Program-made: the position numbers and the translations under genes | The notes under the pieces: model-generated | What the model saw: the letters and a program-made list of their open reading frames with translations, nothing else | Database searches by the model: none | What the model was told of the DNA's origin: nothing | Shown here: one piece after another, positions 1-9,112 of the stretch | How the letters are laid out: the number at the start of each line of letters is the position of its first letter | Numbering within the stretch: position 1 is the first letter of the stretch | Source: Burkholderiales bacterium | Lineage (GTDB): Bacteria; Pseudomonadota; Gammaproteobacteria; Burkholderiales; DATLHW01 | Length of the DNA: 40,037 nucleotides | Direction of reading: 5' to 3' | NCBI GenBank assembly: GCA_035539675.1 | Contig: DATLHW010000085.1 | Coordinates: 1 to 40,037 of the forward strand

Positions 1-3
1 CTT

Positions 4-79
4 TGGCTCCTCGACCTGGGCTCGAACCAGGGACCTGCGGATTAACAGTCCGTCGCTCTACCGACTGAGCTATCGAGGA
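4..79 (-). tRNA. tRNA-Asn (anticodon GTT)
   Basis: The reverse complement reads TCCTCGATAGCTCAGTCGGTAGAGCGACGGACTGTTAATCCGCAGGTCCCTGGTTCGAGCCCAGGTCGAGGAGCCA. It has a 7-bp acceptor stem TCCTCGA/TCGAGGA, D arm GCTC/GAGC, anticodon loop CTGTTAA, T arm CCTGG-TTCGAGC-CCAGG and an encoded CCA. It closely resembles E. coli tRNA-Asn as I recall it. Confidence 0.93.
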
Positions 80-94
80 ATTTTTGGAAGGCGA

Positions 95-123
95 ATGATA
101 ATGAATGCGGCTCTTTTGGTCAA
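95..123 (-). promoter_or_regulatory. sigma-70-type promoter for tRNA-Asn
   Basis: The minus strand reads TTGACC, a 17-nt spacer, then TATCAT. The -10 hexamer ends 15 nt upstream of the mature tRNA 5' end. Confidence 0.5.
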
Positions 124-171
124 TCCACTTTCCCGTAAAAGTTGTGTTTTCTTGTGCCTGTCCGACTTACT

Positions 172-1386
172 TTACTTGATTATGGTAGCGATACTGTCCG
201 CCACGTAGTCGATATTGCGCGAGTTCAAGGCCGCGACGCAGATGCGGCCTGTATCCACCGCATAGATGGAGAATTCCTCGCGCAGTCGCGTCACTACATC
301 CTTGGACAGTCCTGAATAGGAAAACATTCCTCGCTGTTGCATTACGAAGCTGAAGTCCTGTTTCGGGAGGCGGGAATTGAGTTTTTCCGTCAGTTCGCGG
401 CGCATTTCGCGAATGCGGTCGCGCATGCCGGAGAGTTCTTGATCCCACAGGGCGCGTAGTTCCGGCGTGGTCAGCACGGTCGCGACGACTTGCGCGCCAT
501 GGGTGGGTGGGTTGGAGTAGTTGGTGCGAATGACGCGTTTGAGTTGGCTTAGCACGCGCTGCGCTTCATCGGTGCTGGAGGCGACCACGCTGAATGCGCC
601 GACGCGTTCGCCATATAGGGAGAACGATTTGGAGAACGAACTGGATACAAAGACCGGTCCGCCTGCCTCGACAAATCGACGCACTGCCGCGCCATCCGTG
701 TCGACGCCTTCGCTGAAGCCCTGATAGGCCATGTCCAGGAAGGGAATGAGGCCGCCTTCGTTGACTGTCCGGATGACTTCCGTCCATTGGTCAGGGGTCA
801 GGTCGGCGCCGGTCGGGTTGTGGCAGCAAGCGTGCAGCACGACGATGCTGCCGGCGGGAAGTTTCTTCAGGGTGTCGAGGAGGCCGGGGAAGTTCAGGCC
901 GTGGCTGACGGGGTCATAGTACGGGTAATTTTTAACGGGGAAGCCGGCGCTTTCGAACAGTGCGCGATGGTTTTCCCAGCTGGGGTCGCTGATCCATACG
1001 GTGGAGTCAGGGGAGATGCGCTTCAGAAAATCAGCGCCGATTTTGAGTCCGCCCGTGCCGCCGATGGCCTGCACCGTGACGGCGCGGCTTTCTTTCATCG
1101 CAGCGCTATCCGCGCCGAACAGCAGCGCTTGGACGGCGCGGTCGTAGGCGGGGATGCCGTCGATGGGCAGATACGTCCGTGCGGTCGCCTTTTCCATCAT
1201 TTGAACTTCTGCACGGCGAACGCACTCTAGTAGGGGCACCTTGCCTGCATCATCGTAATAAACGCCGACGCCCAAATTGACTTTGGAGGGGCTTTTGTCG
1301 GCGTTATAGGCTTCCGTGATGCCAAGGATCGGGTCGCGCGGCGCTAATTCGACGCGGGAGAGCAGGGAGGGGGTGGATGCGTTCAT
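172..1386 (-). CDS. aspartate/aromatic-amino-acid aminotransferase (class I, AspC/TyrB family)
   Basis: The 404-aa ORF is colinear with E. coli AspC. Shared motifs include PILGI, VNLGVGVY, NPSWxNH, HxCCHNPTG, the SSSFSKxFxLYxERVG PLP-lysine region and RxNYSNPPxHGA. Confidence 0.93.
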   Translation of the reverse strand: MNASTPSLLSRVELAPRDPILGITEAYNADKSPSKVNLGVGVYYDDAGKVPLLECVRRAEVQMMEKATARTYLPIDGIPAYDRAVQALLFGADSAAMKESRAVTVQAIGGTGGLKIGADFLKRISPDSTVWISDPSWENHRALFESAGFPVKNYPYYDPVSHGLNFPGLLDTLKKLPAGSIVVLHACCHNPTGADLTPDQWTEVIRTVNEGGLIPFLDMAYQGFSEGVDTDGAAVRRFVEAGGPVFVSSSFSKSFSLYGERVGAFSVVASSTDEAQRVLSQLKRVIRTNYSNPPTHGAQVVATVLTTPELRALWDQELSGMRDRIREMRRELTEKLNSRLPKQDFSFVMQQRGMFSYSGLSKDVVTRLREEFSIYAVDTGRICVAALNSRNIDYVADSIATIIK

Positions 1387-1581
1387 TTTTTGTAATGTGA
1401 GTGGAAATGATGAGAAATCGAATTTTACTCCCGAATGAGGTCTTTCCCAATCCCTGGCGCGATTTCGGTTATTGTCTCGACCTTCCTTCCCTCGGCGAGC
1501 CCGTTGTCGAAGGTTTGCGGAGGCGGCGGCTTATGAGCGTTTTCGCAGATTCTCCCTTGAGCGTGTATTCACCAGGAGCTG

Positions 1582-1745
1582 AACCCGGACATTTCATAAG
1601 TTGCACGAGCCCTCGCTGGTCTTTTGATCCGTAGGAAAATTTTGTTCAGTCGGGCGTATGAATAACTACGCCGCTCCTTCACAAAATTCCCCTACGAATC
1701 AAAATCCGGCGCGATCATCTCGCGAATTTATGAAATCTCCGGGTT
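1582..1745. repeat. Family A long-hairpin repeat, copy 1 (164 bp)
   Basis: It aligns without gaps to 31486..31649 with 12 mismatches (manual count). It is an imperfect palindrome: AACCCGGACATTTCATAA...TTATGAAATCTCCGGGTT, with inner arms around GTAGG/CCTAC and a central GGCGTA/TACGCC mini-hairpin. Confidence 0.85.
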
Positions 1746-1780
1746 AAGATGCCGGATTGTTTTGCAGGATATTTCTCACC

Positions 1781-3799
1781 GTGATCGTTACTTTCCCCGA
1801 TAGTCCTTACAAACTCCATCAGCCTTTTCCACCGGCCGGCGATCAACCTGCGGCTATCGAGAAGCTGATTGAGGGTATTAACGATGGTCTGTCATTCCAG
1901 ACGTTGCTTGGCGTTACCGGGTCGGGAAAAACCTACACCATGGCTAATGTCATCGCTCGCACGGGGCGGCCGGCGATCGTGATGGCGCCGAACAAGACCC
2001 TGGCGGCGCAGCTTTATGCGGAGTTCCGCGAGTTTTTTCCCGAGAATGCGGTGGAGTACTTCGTTTCCTATTACGACTATTACCAGCCGGAAGCGTACGT
2101 TCCGTCCAAGGATCTCTTCATTGAGAAGGATTCCAGCATCAACGATCACATCGAGCAGATGCGTCTTTCGGCCACGAAATCGTTGCTGGAGCGGCCGGAT
2201 ACGGTGATTGTGGCGACGGTGTCGGCGATCTACGGCATCGGCGACCCGGCGGATTATTACAGCATGCGGATGATCGTGCGGAAGGGCGACAAGGCCGACC
2301 CGCGCGATGTGATTCGTCAGCTCACGGTGATGCAGTATCAGCGCAATGATTTCGAATTCAAGCGTGGCGTATTCCGGGTGAGGGGAGACGTGCTGGATAT
2401 TTTTCCCTCGGAAAACTCGGAGTTGGCCCTGCGTATTTCTTTCTTCGACGACGACGTGGACGATTTGTCGTTGTTCGATCCGCTGACCGGAGAGATCGTT
2501 AGCAAGATTCCGCGGTTCACCGTTTACGCTTCCAGCCATTACGTCACGCCGCGAGAGACGACGCTGCGCGCGCTTGAGGCGATCAAGGCGGAGCTTCGTG
2601 ACCGATCCGCGCACTTTGTCGAGACGGGAAAGTTATTGGAGGCGCAACGCATCGAGCAACGCACCCGCTTCGATCTGGAAATGTTGAACGAGATGGGCTT
2701 CTGTAAGGGCATCGAGAACTATTCCCGTCATTTTTCCGGTCGCAACGCGGGCGATCCGCCGCCTACGCTGATCGATTATCTGCCGCCAAGCACGCTGATG
2801 GTTATCGACGAAAGCCACGTCACGATCCCGCAGATTGGCGGTATGTATAAAGGCGACCGCGCCAGAAAGGAAAACCTTGTCGATTACGGCTTTCGATTGC
2901 CGTCGGCATTGGACAATCGGCCATTGCGATTCGACGAGTTCGAGGCGGTCATGCGTCAAACTATTTTTGTTTCCGCAACGCCCTCGGTTTACGAAGAGGA
3001 GCATACGTCGCAAGTGGTCGAGCAGTTGGTTCGCCCGACGGGGCTTGTCGATCCGCAAATTATGGTTCGGCCCGCCTCGACGCAGGTGGATGATTTGCTT
3101 TCCGAGATCACCAAGCGTGTCGCTGACACTGAGCGTGTGCTGGTTACGACGCTCACCAAGCGCATGGCGGAAGACTTGACCGAGTATTTGCATGAACACG
3201 GCGTCAAGGTGCGCTATCTGCATTCGGATATCGATACGGTGGAGCGCGTGGAGATTATTCGCGATCTTCGGCTTGGGCTGTTCGATGTGCTGGTCGGCAT
3301 TAACCTTTTGCGGGAAGGTCTCGATTTGCCGGAGGTGTCGCTGGTGGCGATTTTGGACGCGGACAAAGAAGGCTTTTTGCGCTCGGAACGTTCGCTAATT
3401 CAGACAATCGGCCGAGCGGCGCGACATCTGAACGGTACGGCGATTCTCTATGCCGACGCCATGACCAAATCCATGCGTCGCGCCATTGATGAAACTGAGC
3501 GCCGACGCGCGAAGCAGCTTGCCCATAACGAGTTGAACGGTATTGAGCCCAAGAGCGTCTCGAAACGCATCAAGGATCTGATCGATGGCATCTATGACGC
3601 GGATTCGGCCAAGGTGGTGCGCAAGGCGGCGCAACAGCAGGCGAAGTATGAGGTGATGAGCGAGAAGGATTTGGCGGCTGAAATCAAACGGGTGGAGAAG
3701 GAGATGCTCTCGAATGCCAAGAATCTGGAGTTTGAAAAGGCGGCGGAGGCGCGAGATCGATTGAAAGAGTTGAAGGAGCGACTGTTTTTGAGAGGTTGA
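1781..3799 (+). CDS. uvrB: excinuclease ABC subunit B
   Basis: It is colinear with E. coli UvrB: [15 protein letters not shown], Walker [24 protein letters not shown], and a C-terminal UVR domain ([16 protein letters not shown]). The start is uncertain. The GVTG-proximal GVTG alignment favours GTG 1781, which gives [12 protein letters not shown] matching the E. coli N-terminal length. The ORF track uses TTG 1757. Confidence 0.95.
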   Translation: MIVTFPDSPYKLHQPFPPAGDQPAAIEKLIEGINDGLSFQTLLGVTGSGKTYTMANVIARTGRPAIVMAPNKTLAAQLYAEFREFFPENAVEYFVSYYDYYQPEAYVPSKDLFIEKDSSINDHIEQMRLSATKSLLERPDTVIVATVSAIYGIGDPADYYSMRMIVRKGDKADPRDVIRQLTVMQYQRNDFEFKRGVFRVRGDVLDIFPSENSELALRISFFDDDVDDLSLFDPLTGEIVSKIPRFTVYASSHYVTPRETTLRALEAIKAELRDRSAHFVETGKLLEAQRIEQRTRFDLEMLNEMGFCKGIENYSRHFSGRNAGDPPPTLIDYLPPSTLMVIDESHVTIPQIGGMYKGDRARKENLVDYGFRLPSALDNRPLRFDEFEAVMRQTIFVSATPSVYEEEHTSQVVEQLVRPTGLVDPQIMVRPASTQVDDLLSEITKRVADTERVLVTTLTKRMAEDLTEYLHEHGVKVRYLHSDIDTVERVEIIRDLRLGLFDVLVGINLLREGLDLPEVSLVAILDADKEGFLRSERSLIQTIGRAARHLNGTAILYADAMTKSMRRAIDETERRRAKQLAHNELNGIEPKSVSKRIKDLIDGIYDADSAKVVRKAAQQQAKYEVMSEKDLAAEIKRVEKEMLSNAKNLEFEKAAEARDRLKELKERLFLRG

Positions 3800-3804
3800 G
3801 AGTA

Positions 3805-3835
3805 AGCGGCGTCATGGCTTATGCATGACGCCGCT
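3805..3835. terminator. 12-bp perfect hairpin between convergent uvrB and the beta-helix gene
   Basis: AGCGGCGTCATG, loop GCTTATG, CATGACGCCGCT. There is no clear T-run on either side, so intrinsic-terminator function is inferred from position only. Confidence 0.5.
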
Positions 3836-3852
3836 CGCCCATCCCGCGTTCG

Positions 3853-5553
3853 TTACTTCGGTCCGGGACGCACGCCAACCATCGACTGCACGTTACTGGG
3901 AAGGAATCCAGTCGGTATCGCATAGTTCGCGGCCTGCGCCAGTTCCGCTGAGAAATCAGGATACGGCCTCATCGCTTGCAAATCGCGCGTGAGTTGATCG
4001 GAGACGGGTAGGGATTGTTGCCAGGAATACAAGTCGAGGCTGGTCTTCGCTTGCCAAAGCGGCAGTCCATAAATAGGCGCCTGCAAGGTGGAGGCCCACC
4101 CTAAATGGAAGGTGGTGAGCCCTGCAGGCGGCAGATAAAGATTTGCTTCAGGAAGGTTCTCGGGAATATTTTTGTCAGGTAGGACGAGCGACGTGCCGCT
4201 GCTGACGATGATGTTCCCGACGACGTAATTTCCTGTTGGTATCCATTCCGTTTTGTTCAATGCGAACGCGTTCTGCGCATCGACAATGGCGATTGCTTCA
4301 AGCCCGTTATGCGCAACTAGGTTATTGGCGACGATGTTGTTGGAGCCGTTGGCGATGTAAATGCCCCGTTGCTTATTGGCGAAGATGTAATTTTTTGTGA
4401 TCTGCGCGCCATCGCTTAGCTCGTAATGCAGTCCCATTCCCTTGTTGTATGCGAGTCGGTTGTCTTGAATCTTGTTGTTCCGATTCTGGGAGTCGAACCA
4501 AAGTCCATCGCCGTTATTGCCGAGCGCTTGATGGCCGATGATGCGGGAATTTTGTAACCCTCCCAGGCCCACGAATTTCGCGCCACCCGCTTCCCACCAT
4601 TTGTTGAAGCCGCGAGTGTTGTTGAAGTTTGTTCTGCTGTAGATGATTGAGACGTTGCGCCCCCGCGCTTTGATGCCGACTTGTCCGCAATAATCGGCGA
4701 CGCTGTTGCGGATGATGTTGTCATTGCCGGAGATATCGAAGCCTGCGCCGTCAGCGTATTCGACTTGTATATTGGTCAAGTCCAGGGATTGGCCGGCGAG
4801 GCTTATGGCGCCTGATGGATTGATGGCTGTGGTGTTCGAATGCCGAAAGCGCAGATTAGCGAAAGTTACGCTTTTCAGTTCCTCGCCCAGCATCAGGAAT
4901 GGACGTGTGCTTACTTCAATCACCCGTCCGACCAGCGTGTCCTCCGGAATTTTGATGTGGAGCGTCTGGCCCGCGATATCGTAGTAAAAGCTGTTGTTGA
5001 CCAAATCGTCGGCGTCTCCCGCGACGCGTCCCGGCCAGATCCCGCCTTGCGCTGTGTGCAGCGCGGCCAACGGGTGATTTGGGTTTTCGCCATAGCCGCT
5101 GAAAATTATTCCACCGATTTGCTTGAGTGACGCGCCATTCACAAATACTTGCTGGGAGTTGATGGTCCAGTTGCGTTTGACGAATACGCCGTTTCCTTGC
5201 GGCTCCCATCCGTCGACGACATCCGATCCCTTGATGATTACCTCGGCGCCCGCCATCGCTTCGATGCGGGTTCGCGCAACGCCTGCAGTGGAGGTCGTGC
5301 GCAATTGTTTGGCGTAACGCAGATCCATCATTTCCCGGTAAACGCCTCCCGCGATAAACAAGGTGTCGCCCCATGTCAGTCGCTGAACGGATGCGTTCAG
5401 CGTTTTGAAGGGCGTTGTAATGGTTCCTGGACCACTATCGGCTGCGGCGGGATTTGCGGGATTCACGTAGTAGACCGTTGCTGACGCCGCCTGTACGAAT
5501 AGCGTCAGGCATATCGATAGAAAACGAGCTCGACTATTACGTTGAATTTTCAT
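3853..5553 (-). CDS. secreted right-handed parallel beta-helix repeat protein (PbH1/CASH-type, pectate-lyase-like fold)
   Basis: I moved the start to ATG 5553, which is preceded by GGGGAGGG. This gives MKIQRNSRARFLSICLTLFVQAASA, a typical signal peptide. The body contains serial N/G-rich beta-helix turns (NNIIRNS, GLWFDSQNRNNKIQDN, GIYIANGSNNIVANN). The enzymatic specificity cannot be called. Confidence 0.75.
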   Translation of the reverse strand: MKIQRNSRARFLSICLTLFVQAASATVYYVNPANPAAADSGPGTITTPFKTLNASVQRLTWGDTLFIAGGVYREMMDLRYAKQLRTTSTAGVARTRIEAMAGAEVIIKGSDVVDGWEPQGNGVFVKRNWTINSQQVFVNGASLKQIGGIIFSGYGENPNHPLAALHTAQGGIWPGRVAGDADDLVNNSFYYDIAGQTLHIKIPEDTLVGRVIEVSTRPFLMLGEELKSVTFANLRFRHSNTTAINPSGAISLAGQSLDLTNIQVEYADGAGFDISGNDNIIRNSVADYCGQVGIKARGRNVSIIYSRTNFNNTRGFNKWWEAGGAKFVGLGGLQNSRIIGHQALGNNGDGLWFDSQNRNNKIQDNRLAYNKGMGLHYELSDGAQITKNYIFANKQRGIYIANGSNNIVANNLVAHNGLEAIAIVDAQNAFALNKTEWIPTGNYVVGNIIVSSGTSLVLPDKNIPENLPEANLYLPPAGLTTFHLGWASTLQAPIYGLPLWQAKTSLDLYSWQQSLPVSDQLTRDLQAMRPYPDFSAELAQAANYAIPTGFLPSNVQSMVGVRPGPK

Positions 5554-5815
5554 TAGACCCTCCCCGGACAATGGTTCCCATCGATGCGACGGGTTCACTT
5601 CGTTGTTTTTCAGGGATTGTTTCTGCAAGCCCTGTGCCAAATTGGTGAACTACGTCACAATTTTCTTACGTGGGGCGGAAGTAAGTGATTGTTTTTCAAT
5701 GGGGTGTGGGTGGGCGAGATGTGGCGTTAACTAACGCCGCGGATTTATTCCTGCTACCTGTTTGAATGACGGCAGGGGGCCATGGCTGACCCAATTCATC
5801 ACTTTTTTGGGTTAG

Positions 5816-6241
5816 CTATGGGGCGAACTGCTCGTTTTCAATGATGCCGATTTTGGTGAGGCCAGCTCGTTGCGCCGACGCCATGACTGCGATGACATTC
5901 TTGTACGCGGTCGACTTGTGCGGCCGTAGGTGAATTTCGGGTTGGACGGTTTGGGCGGAGAGCGCTTGCAGTTTTTGATCCAGAATCGCTCGATTTGGAA
6001 TCGGATCGCCATTCCACAAGACTAGGCCATCGGACTCGATATTGATTTTGATGACTTCCGGAGGTATCGAGGGAGGGGGGCTGTTAGTCGGTACCTGAAG
6101 GTTAACGGAATGTAACTGAATTGGAATCGTGATGATCAGCATGATCAACAGGACCAGCATCACATCGATGAGCGGCGTGGTGTTGATGTCCACCATGACA
6201 TCGGGATCTTTCGAGCCACTGGAGCCGATATGCAGGGTCAT
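5816..6241 (-). CDS. exbD: biopolymer transport protein ExbD/TolR (second paralog)
   Basis: A 141-aa ORF with the INTTPLIDVMLVLLI TM motif. Its start overlaps the upstream exbD stop by ATGA. Confidence 0.9.
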   Translation of the reverse strand: MTLHIGSSGSKDPDVMVDINTTPLIDVMLVLLIMLIITIPIQLHSVNLQVPTNSPPPSIPPEVIKINIESDGLVLWNGDPIPNRAILDQKLQALSAQTVQPEIHLRPHKSTAYKNVIAVMASAQRAGLTKIGIIENEQFAP

Positions 6242-6666
6242 TGGCCTGCCTGCGGTTCGGTGATGAAACCTATCTTGAGCACGCCGGCGCGCTGGCAGGC
6301 GAAAATGACTTTGCCAATGGATTCATAACGGGCGTCTCCGTCACCGCGAATCTGCACTTCGGGTTGCGGCTCCCTTGCGGCAATTTCCTTTAGCCTTTCC
6401 ACAAGGACGTTCGGATGGGGAATCCGTTGCTCGTTCCAAAAAATCGCCCCGTCTTTGGTGACTGCGATATTGATATTTTCCGGTTTCGTTTGCCGCGGCT
6501 GATTGGTTTCCCTGGGCAACTCGACAGGAACCGTGTGCGTGACGACTGGGATCGTAATCAGAAATATGATGAGCAGCACCAGCATCACATCCACCAACGG
6601 AGTGGTATTGATCGCCGATAAAACTTCGTCTTCATCGCCTTCGACGGCGCCGACATTCATCGCCAT
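6238..6666 (-). CDS. exbD: biopolymer transport protein ExbD/TolR (first paralog)
   Basis: A 142-aa ORF with the INTTPLVDVMLVLLIIF TM motif, directly downstream of exbB. Confidence 0.9.
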   Translation of the reverse strand: MAMNVGAVEGDEDEVLSAINTTPLVDVMLVLLIIFLITIPVVTHTVPVELPRETNQPRQTKPENINIAVTKDGAIFWNEQRIPHPNVLVERLKEIAAREPQPEVQIRGDGDARYESIGKVIFACQRAGVLKIGFITEPQAGQ

Positions 6667-6671
6667 GATAG

Positions 6672-7502
6672 TTAGTGCTTCGAATCGGCAGTTTTGGCTC
6701 CGCCGCTGATTAACACTAAATGGAGGTCCGCGCTGAATGCCCTCACGTTCTCCATCGCCGTTTTATTGCGGCGGACCAGCCAGTTGTAACCCAAGACAGC
6801 GGGTACAGCCACAGCCAAGCCAATGGCAGTCATGATTAAGGCCTCACCAACTGGGCCCGCTACTTTGTCGATAGATGCTTGCCCGGCGACGCCTATCGCG
6901 GTCAGCGCGTGGTAAATGCCCCAAACGGTGCCAAACAAGCCAACGAAGGGCGCCGTTGAGCCAACAGTGGCGAGAAAGGCGAGGCCGTCTTGTAGCCGGT
7001 TTTGTACGTTTTCCACCGCGCGTTGCATGGACATGCTGACCCAGGTGTTTAAATCGACCTGCTCCAGGAGCCCTTTATGACGCTCGGTTGCCTTTAAGGC
7101 GGATTCCGCAATGAAGCGGAATGGGCTGTCTTCCCGTAGGCCAGACACGCCTTGTTGAACGGACCCCGCGTTCCAAAACGTTTTGTTGGCCTGACGTCCT
7201 TGCTGCATTAGTTTGAACTGTTCGAAAAGCTTGGTAACGATGATGTACCAGCTACCCATCGACATGATGATCATCAAAACGAGGGCGCCGCGAGCGACGA
7301 GGTCGCCTTCCCGCCAAAGGGCTTCCAGTCCATAGGGATTCTGAACGACTTGTTTTGTAGGCGCCGTTGACGGAGTGACTGATGATGAGATCGCATTCGG
7401 AGGGTTCGACGAGTCCGCCGCCGAAGCGCTGTGTATTGTGAGGAGCATTGTGGTTACGGCGATAAGGAGCGTCGTAAATACTGCTGACAAACGAGTAGTC
7501 AT
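6672..7502 (-). CDS. exbB: MotA/TolQ/ExbB proton-channel protein with N-terminal signal-like extension
   Basis: A 276-aa ORF with the conserved C-terminal TAPFVGLFGTVWGI...GEALIMTAIGLAVAVPAV motif, lying between tonB and exbD. Confidence 0.9.
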   Translation of the reverse strand: MTTRLSAVFTTLLIAVTTMLLTIHSASAADSSNPPNAISSSVTPSTAPTKQVVQNPYGLEALWREGDLVARGALVLMIIMSMGSWYIIVTKLFEQFKLMQQGRQANKTFWNAGSVQQGVSGLREDSPFRFIAESALKATERHKGLLEQVDLNTWVSMSMQRAVENVQNRLQDGLAFLATVGSTAPFVGLFGTVWGIYHALTAIGVAGQASIDKVAGPVGEALIMTAIGLAVAVPAVLGYNWLVRRNKTAMENVRAFSADLHLVLISGGAKTADSKH

Positions 7503-7509
7503 GAAATAG

Positions 7510-8244
7510 TCATTCCATCAAATTAAATGAAAACGGCGCTTGTACTCGAATCGCTTGCCCGGAGCCGATGCATTCCAGGCGTCTCACGGCATTAAGGGCA
7601 ACGTTGTTGAATATGCGATGCGTGGACTGCACAACCTTGGCGTCCTGGACCTGACCATTGGGAGCCACGACAAACTCAATGAGCGCCTCACCGGAAAGTC
7701 CTTCTCTGAGCGCTTGCGGCGGGAATCGTATTTCGCGTTTGACCGATTCGATGTTGGGACACACGATCGCCACATTATTGCTGGGTGGCCGGGCGATTGC
7801 GGGGGCGGTTTCTGCAGGGGCGATCACAGGCGGCGCTTCGGGAGGTGGCGTGTTCGGGGTTGTGGTTAAGGGCGCCGCCGGTGCGGTGGACGGTTTAATC
7901 TGAACTTCCGGCGGGGGCACGAAAGCGGGGCGTGCGACGATTGGCTTAGGCGGTGGGATTTTTGGCGCAGGCGGAACTGGCGGCTCAGGCGGCAGAGGCT
8001 TTAGTTCCTCAATGATCTTTACTTGAAGGGGCTCTTGAGGCGGCAAGACCATGTCGCGATGATTTCCTTTGAGCAACGCGTAGGCAATCGCCACATGCAA
8101 AAAAATGACAAATGCGAGACCGCCAAGATGTTTCGTGGGGTTCCTCTGTTGCCGGGAGAAATCGATAACGGACTGCTTCAATGCGTTTCCTGCTCGTTCT
8201 CTTAAGGCCTCCGGTAGGTTAGAGCGGATTGTGGTCGATTGCAA
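7510..8244 (-). CDS. tonB: energy transducer TonB
   Basis: It has an N-terminal TM anchor (LAFVIFLHVAIAYALL), a Pro-rich spacer (PPEPPVPPAPKIPPPKP) and a C-terminal TonB domain (YPPQALREGLSGEALIEFVV..G). Confidence 0.88.
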   Translation of the reverse strand: MQSTTIRSNLPEALRERAGNALKQSVIDFSRQQRNPTKHLGGLAFVIFLHVAIAYALLKGNHRDMVLPPQEPLQVKIIEELKPLPPEPPVPPAPKIPPPKPIVARPAFVPPPEVQIKPSTAPAAPLTTTPNTPPPEAPPVIAPAETAPAIARPPSNNVAIVCPNIESVKREIRFPPQALREGLSGEALIEFVVAPNGQVQDAKVVQSTHRIFNNVALNAVRRLECIGSGQAIRVQAPFSFNLME

Positions 8245-8289
8245 TCGCGCGCCTGCGCAGGAATCGGCAGGCGCTTATTCCGATGTTGC

Positions 8290-8982
8290 CTAACTGAGGG
8301 GCTCTGCTGAAGGAGCTAGCTTATGCTCGATGGCGTACATCACCAGGTCCACGCGGTTTTTCACCTCGAGCTTAGCGTAAATGGATGTTAGATGATTGCG
8401 TAACGTGTGATCGCTCATGTGTAGGCGGTCGGCGACCGAGTGTCCGGTGGCGCCGCGTTTTTGAACGACTGCCGCGATGATTTCACGCTCTTTCGGCGTT
8501 AAGGTTGAAATCTTTTTTTCTTCCGGATTGACGTGGCCTTTCCCCGTGGTGATCGTACTGAAGACCTTTGCGGTGGTGACGCGATCCAGCCACAGTTCGC
8601 CCGCGTGCACGCGCTCTATCGCCTTGATAAGCAGTTCGACCGATTGATCCTTTAGCACGACGCCGCTGGCGCCGCGAAGCACGGCATTTTCGCGAGCGGC
8701 GCTGTCGCGCACGCCGGTCAATACCAATATGTGGGCGTTACTGTGGGTGCGCAATTCCGGCAAAAAGTCGAGACTGCTATTTCCGTTGAGATCCAAGTCC
8801 AGAAGAATGATATCGGGCGAAAGCGTTCGCGCGGCCAAGAGAGCTTCCGACCTGTTGTGCGCCTTGCCAACCACATGCATGCGCGGACTCTCGCTTTCGA
8901 TCAGTTTTTCCAAGCCCCATAGCAAGCACTTGTGATCGTCAACCAGCATGATATTGATGGTGGGCGCGCTTTTTTGAGTCAT
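8290..8982 (-). CDS. two-component response regulator, NarL/FixJ (LuxR HTH) family
   Basis: It has a receiver domain (MLVDDH...DIILLDLDL) and a C-terminal LuxR-type HTH (LTPKEREII...SDHTLRNHLTSIYAKLEV). Confidence 0.9.
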   Translation of the reverse strand: MTQKSAPTINIMLVDDHKCLLWGLEKLIESESPRMHVVGKAHNRSEALLAARTLSPDIILLDLDLNGNSSLDFLPELRTHSNAHILVLTGVRDSAARENAVLRGASGVVLKDQSVELLIKAIERVHAGELWLDRVTTAKVFSTITTGKGHVNPEEKKISTLTPKEREIIAAVVQKRGATGHSVADRLHMSDHTLRNHLTSIYAKLEVKNRVDLVMYAIEHKLAPSAEPLS

Positions 8983-9112
8983 TTATTTTCCTTTGGCCTG
9001 GACTGACTGGACGCATGTCGCACGCAGATCGAGCGTCATTGGTTCAACGCGAGACGCTCTTCAGTTTAGGCGTATTCATCGGATTTCTGAAGGCGCCAAG
9101 CGGCGAATCGTT

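Noticed and set aside
787-1230. A 147-aa plus-strand ORF antisense to the aminotransferase gene.
   Set aside because: It is embedded in a strongly supported AspC/TyrB homologue and has no independent support.
1-1400. tRNA-Asn as a possible genomic-island integration site.
   Set aside because: No integrase, direct repeat of the tRNA 3' end, or foreign-looking genes follow it. The neighbour is a core aminotransferase.
1401-1634. A 77-aa plus-strand ORF between the aminotransferase gene and uvrB.
   Set aside because: It has a GTG start with no RBS and no motif, and it terminates inside the Family A repeat.
1892-3223. 240-aa and 196-aa minus-strand ORFs antisense to uvrB.
   Set aside because: uvrB is unambiguous on the plus strand. 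The antisense translations are Arg-rich with no motifs.
5554-5640. N-terminal extensions in the ORF track for the beta-helix gene (to 5640), the host-attachment gene (to 11496) and rne (to 16274).
   Set aside because: The internal ATGs at 5553 and 16091 have Shine-Dalgarno sequences and give a signal peptide and the canonical RNase E N-terminus respectively. ATG 11319 gives the canonical family N-terminus. The upstream extensions look non-coding.
8245-8289. A Fur box upstream of tonB, and a LexA box upstream of uvrB (1387..1780).
   Set aside because: I looked for a GATAATGATAATCATTATC-like AT-rich palindrome and for CTGT-N8-ACAG. Neither is present by eye, so no such regulatory site is reported.
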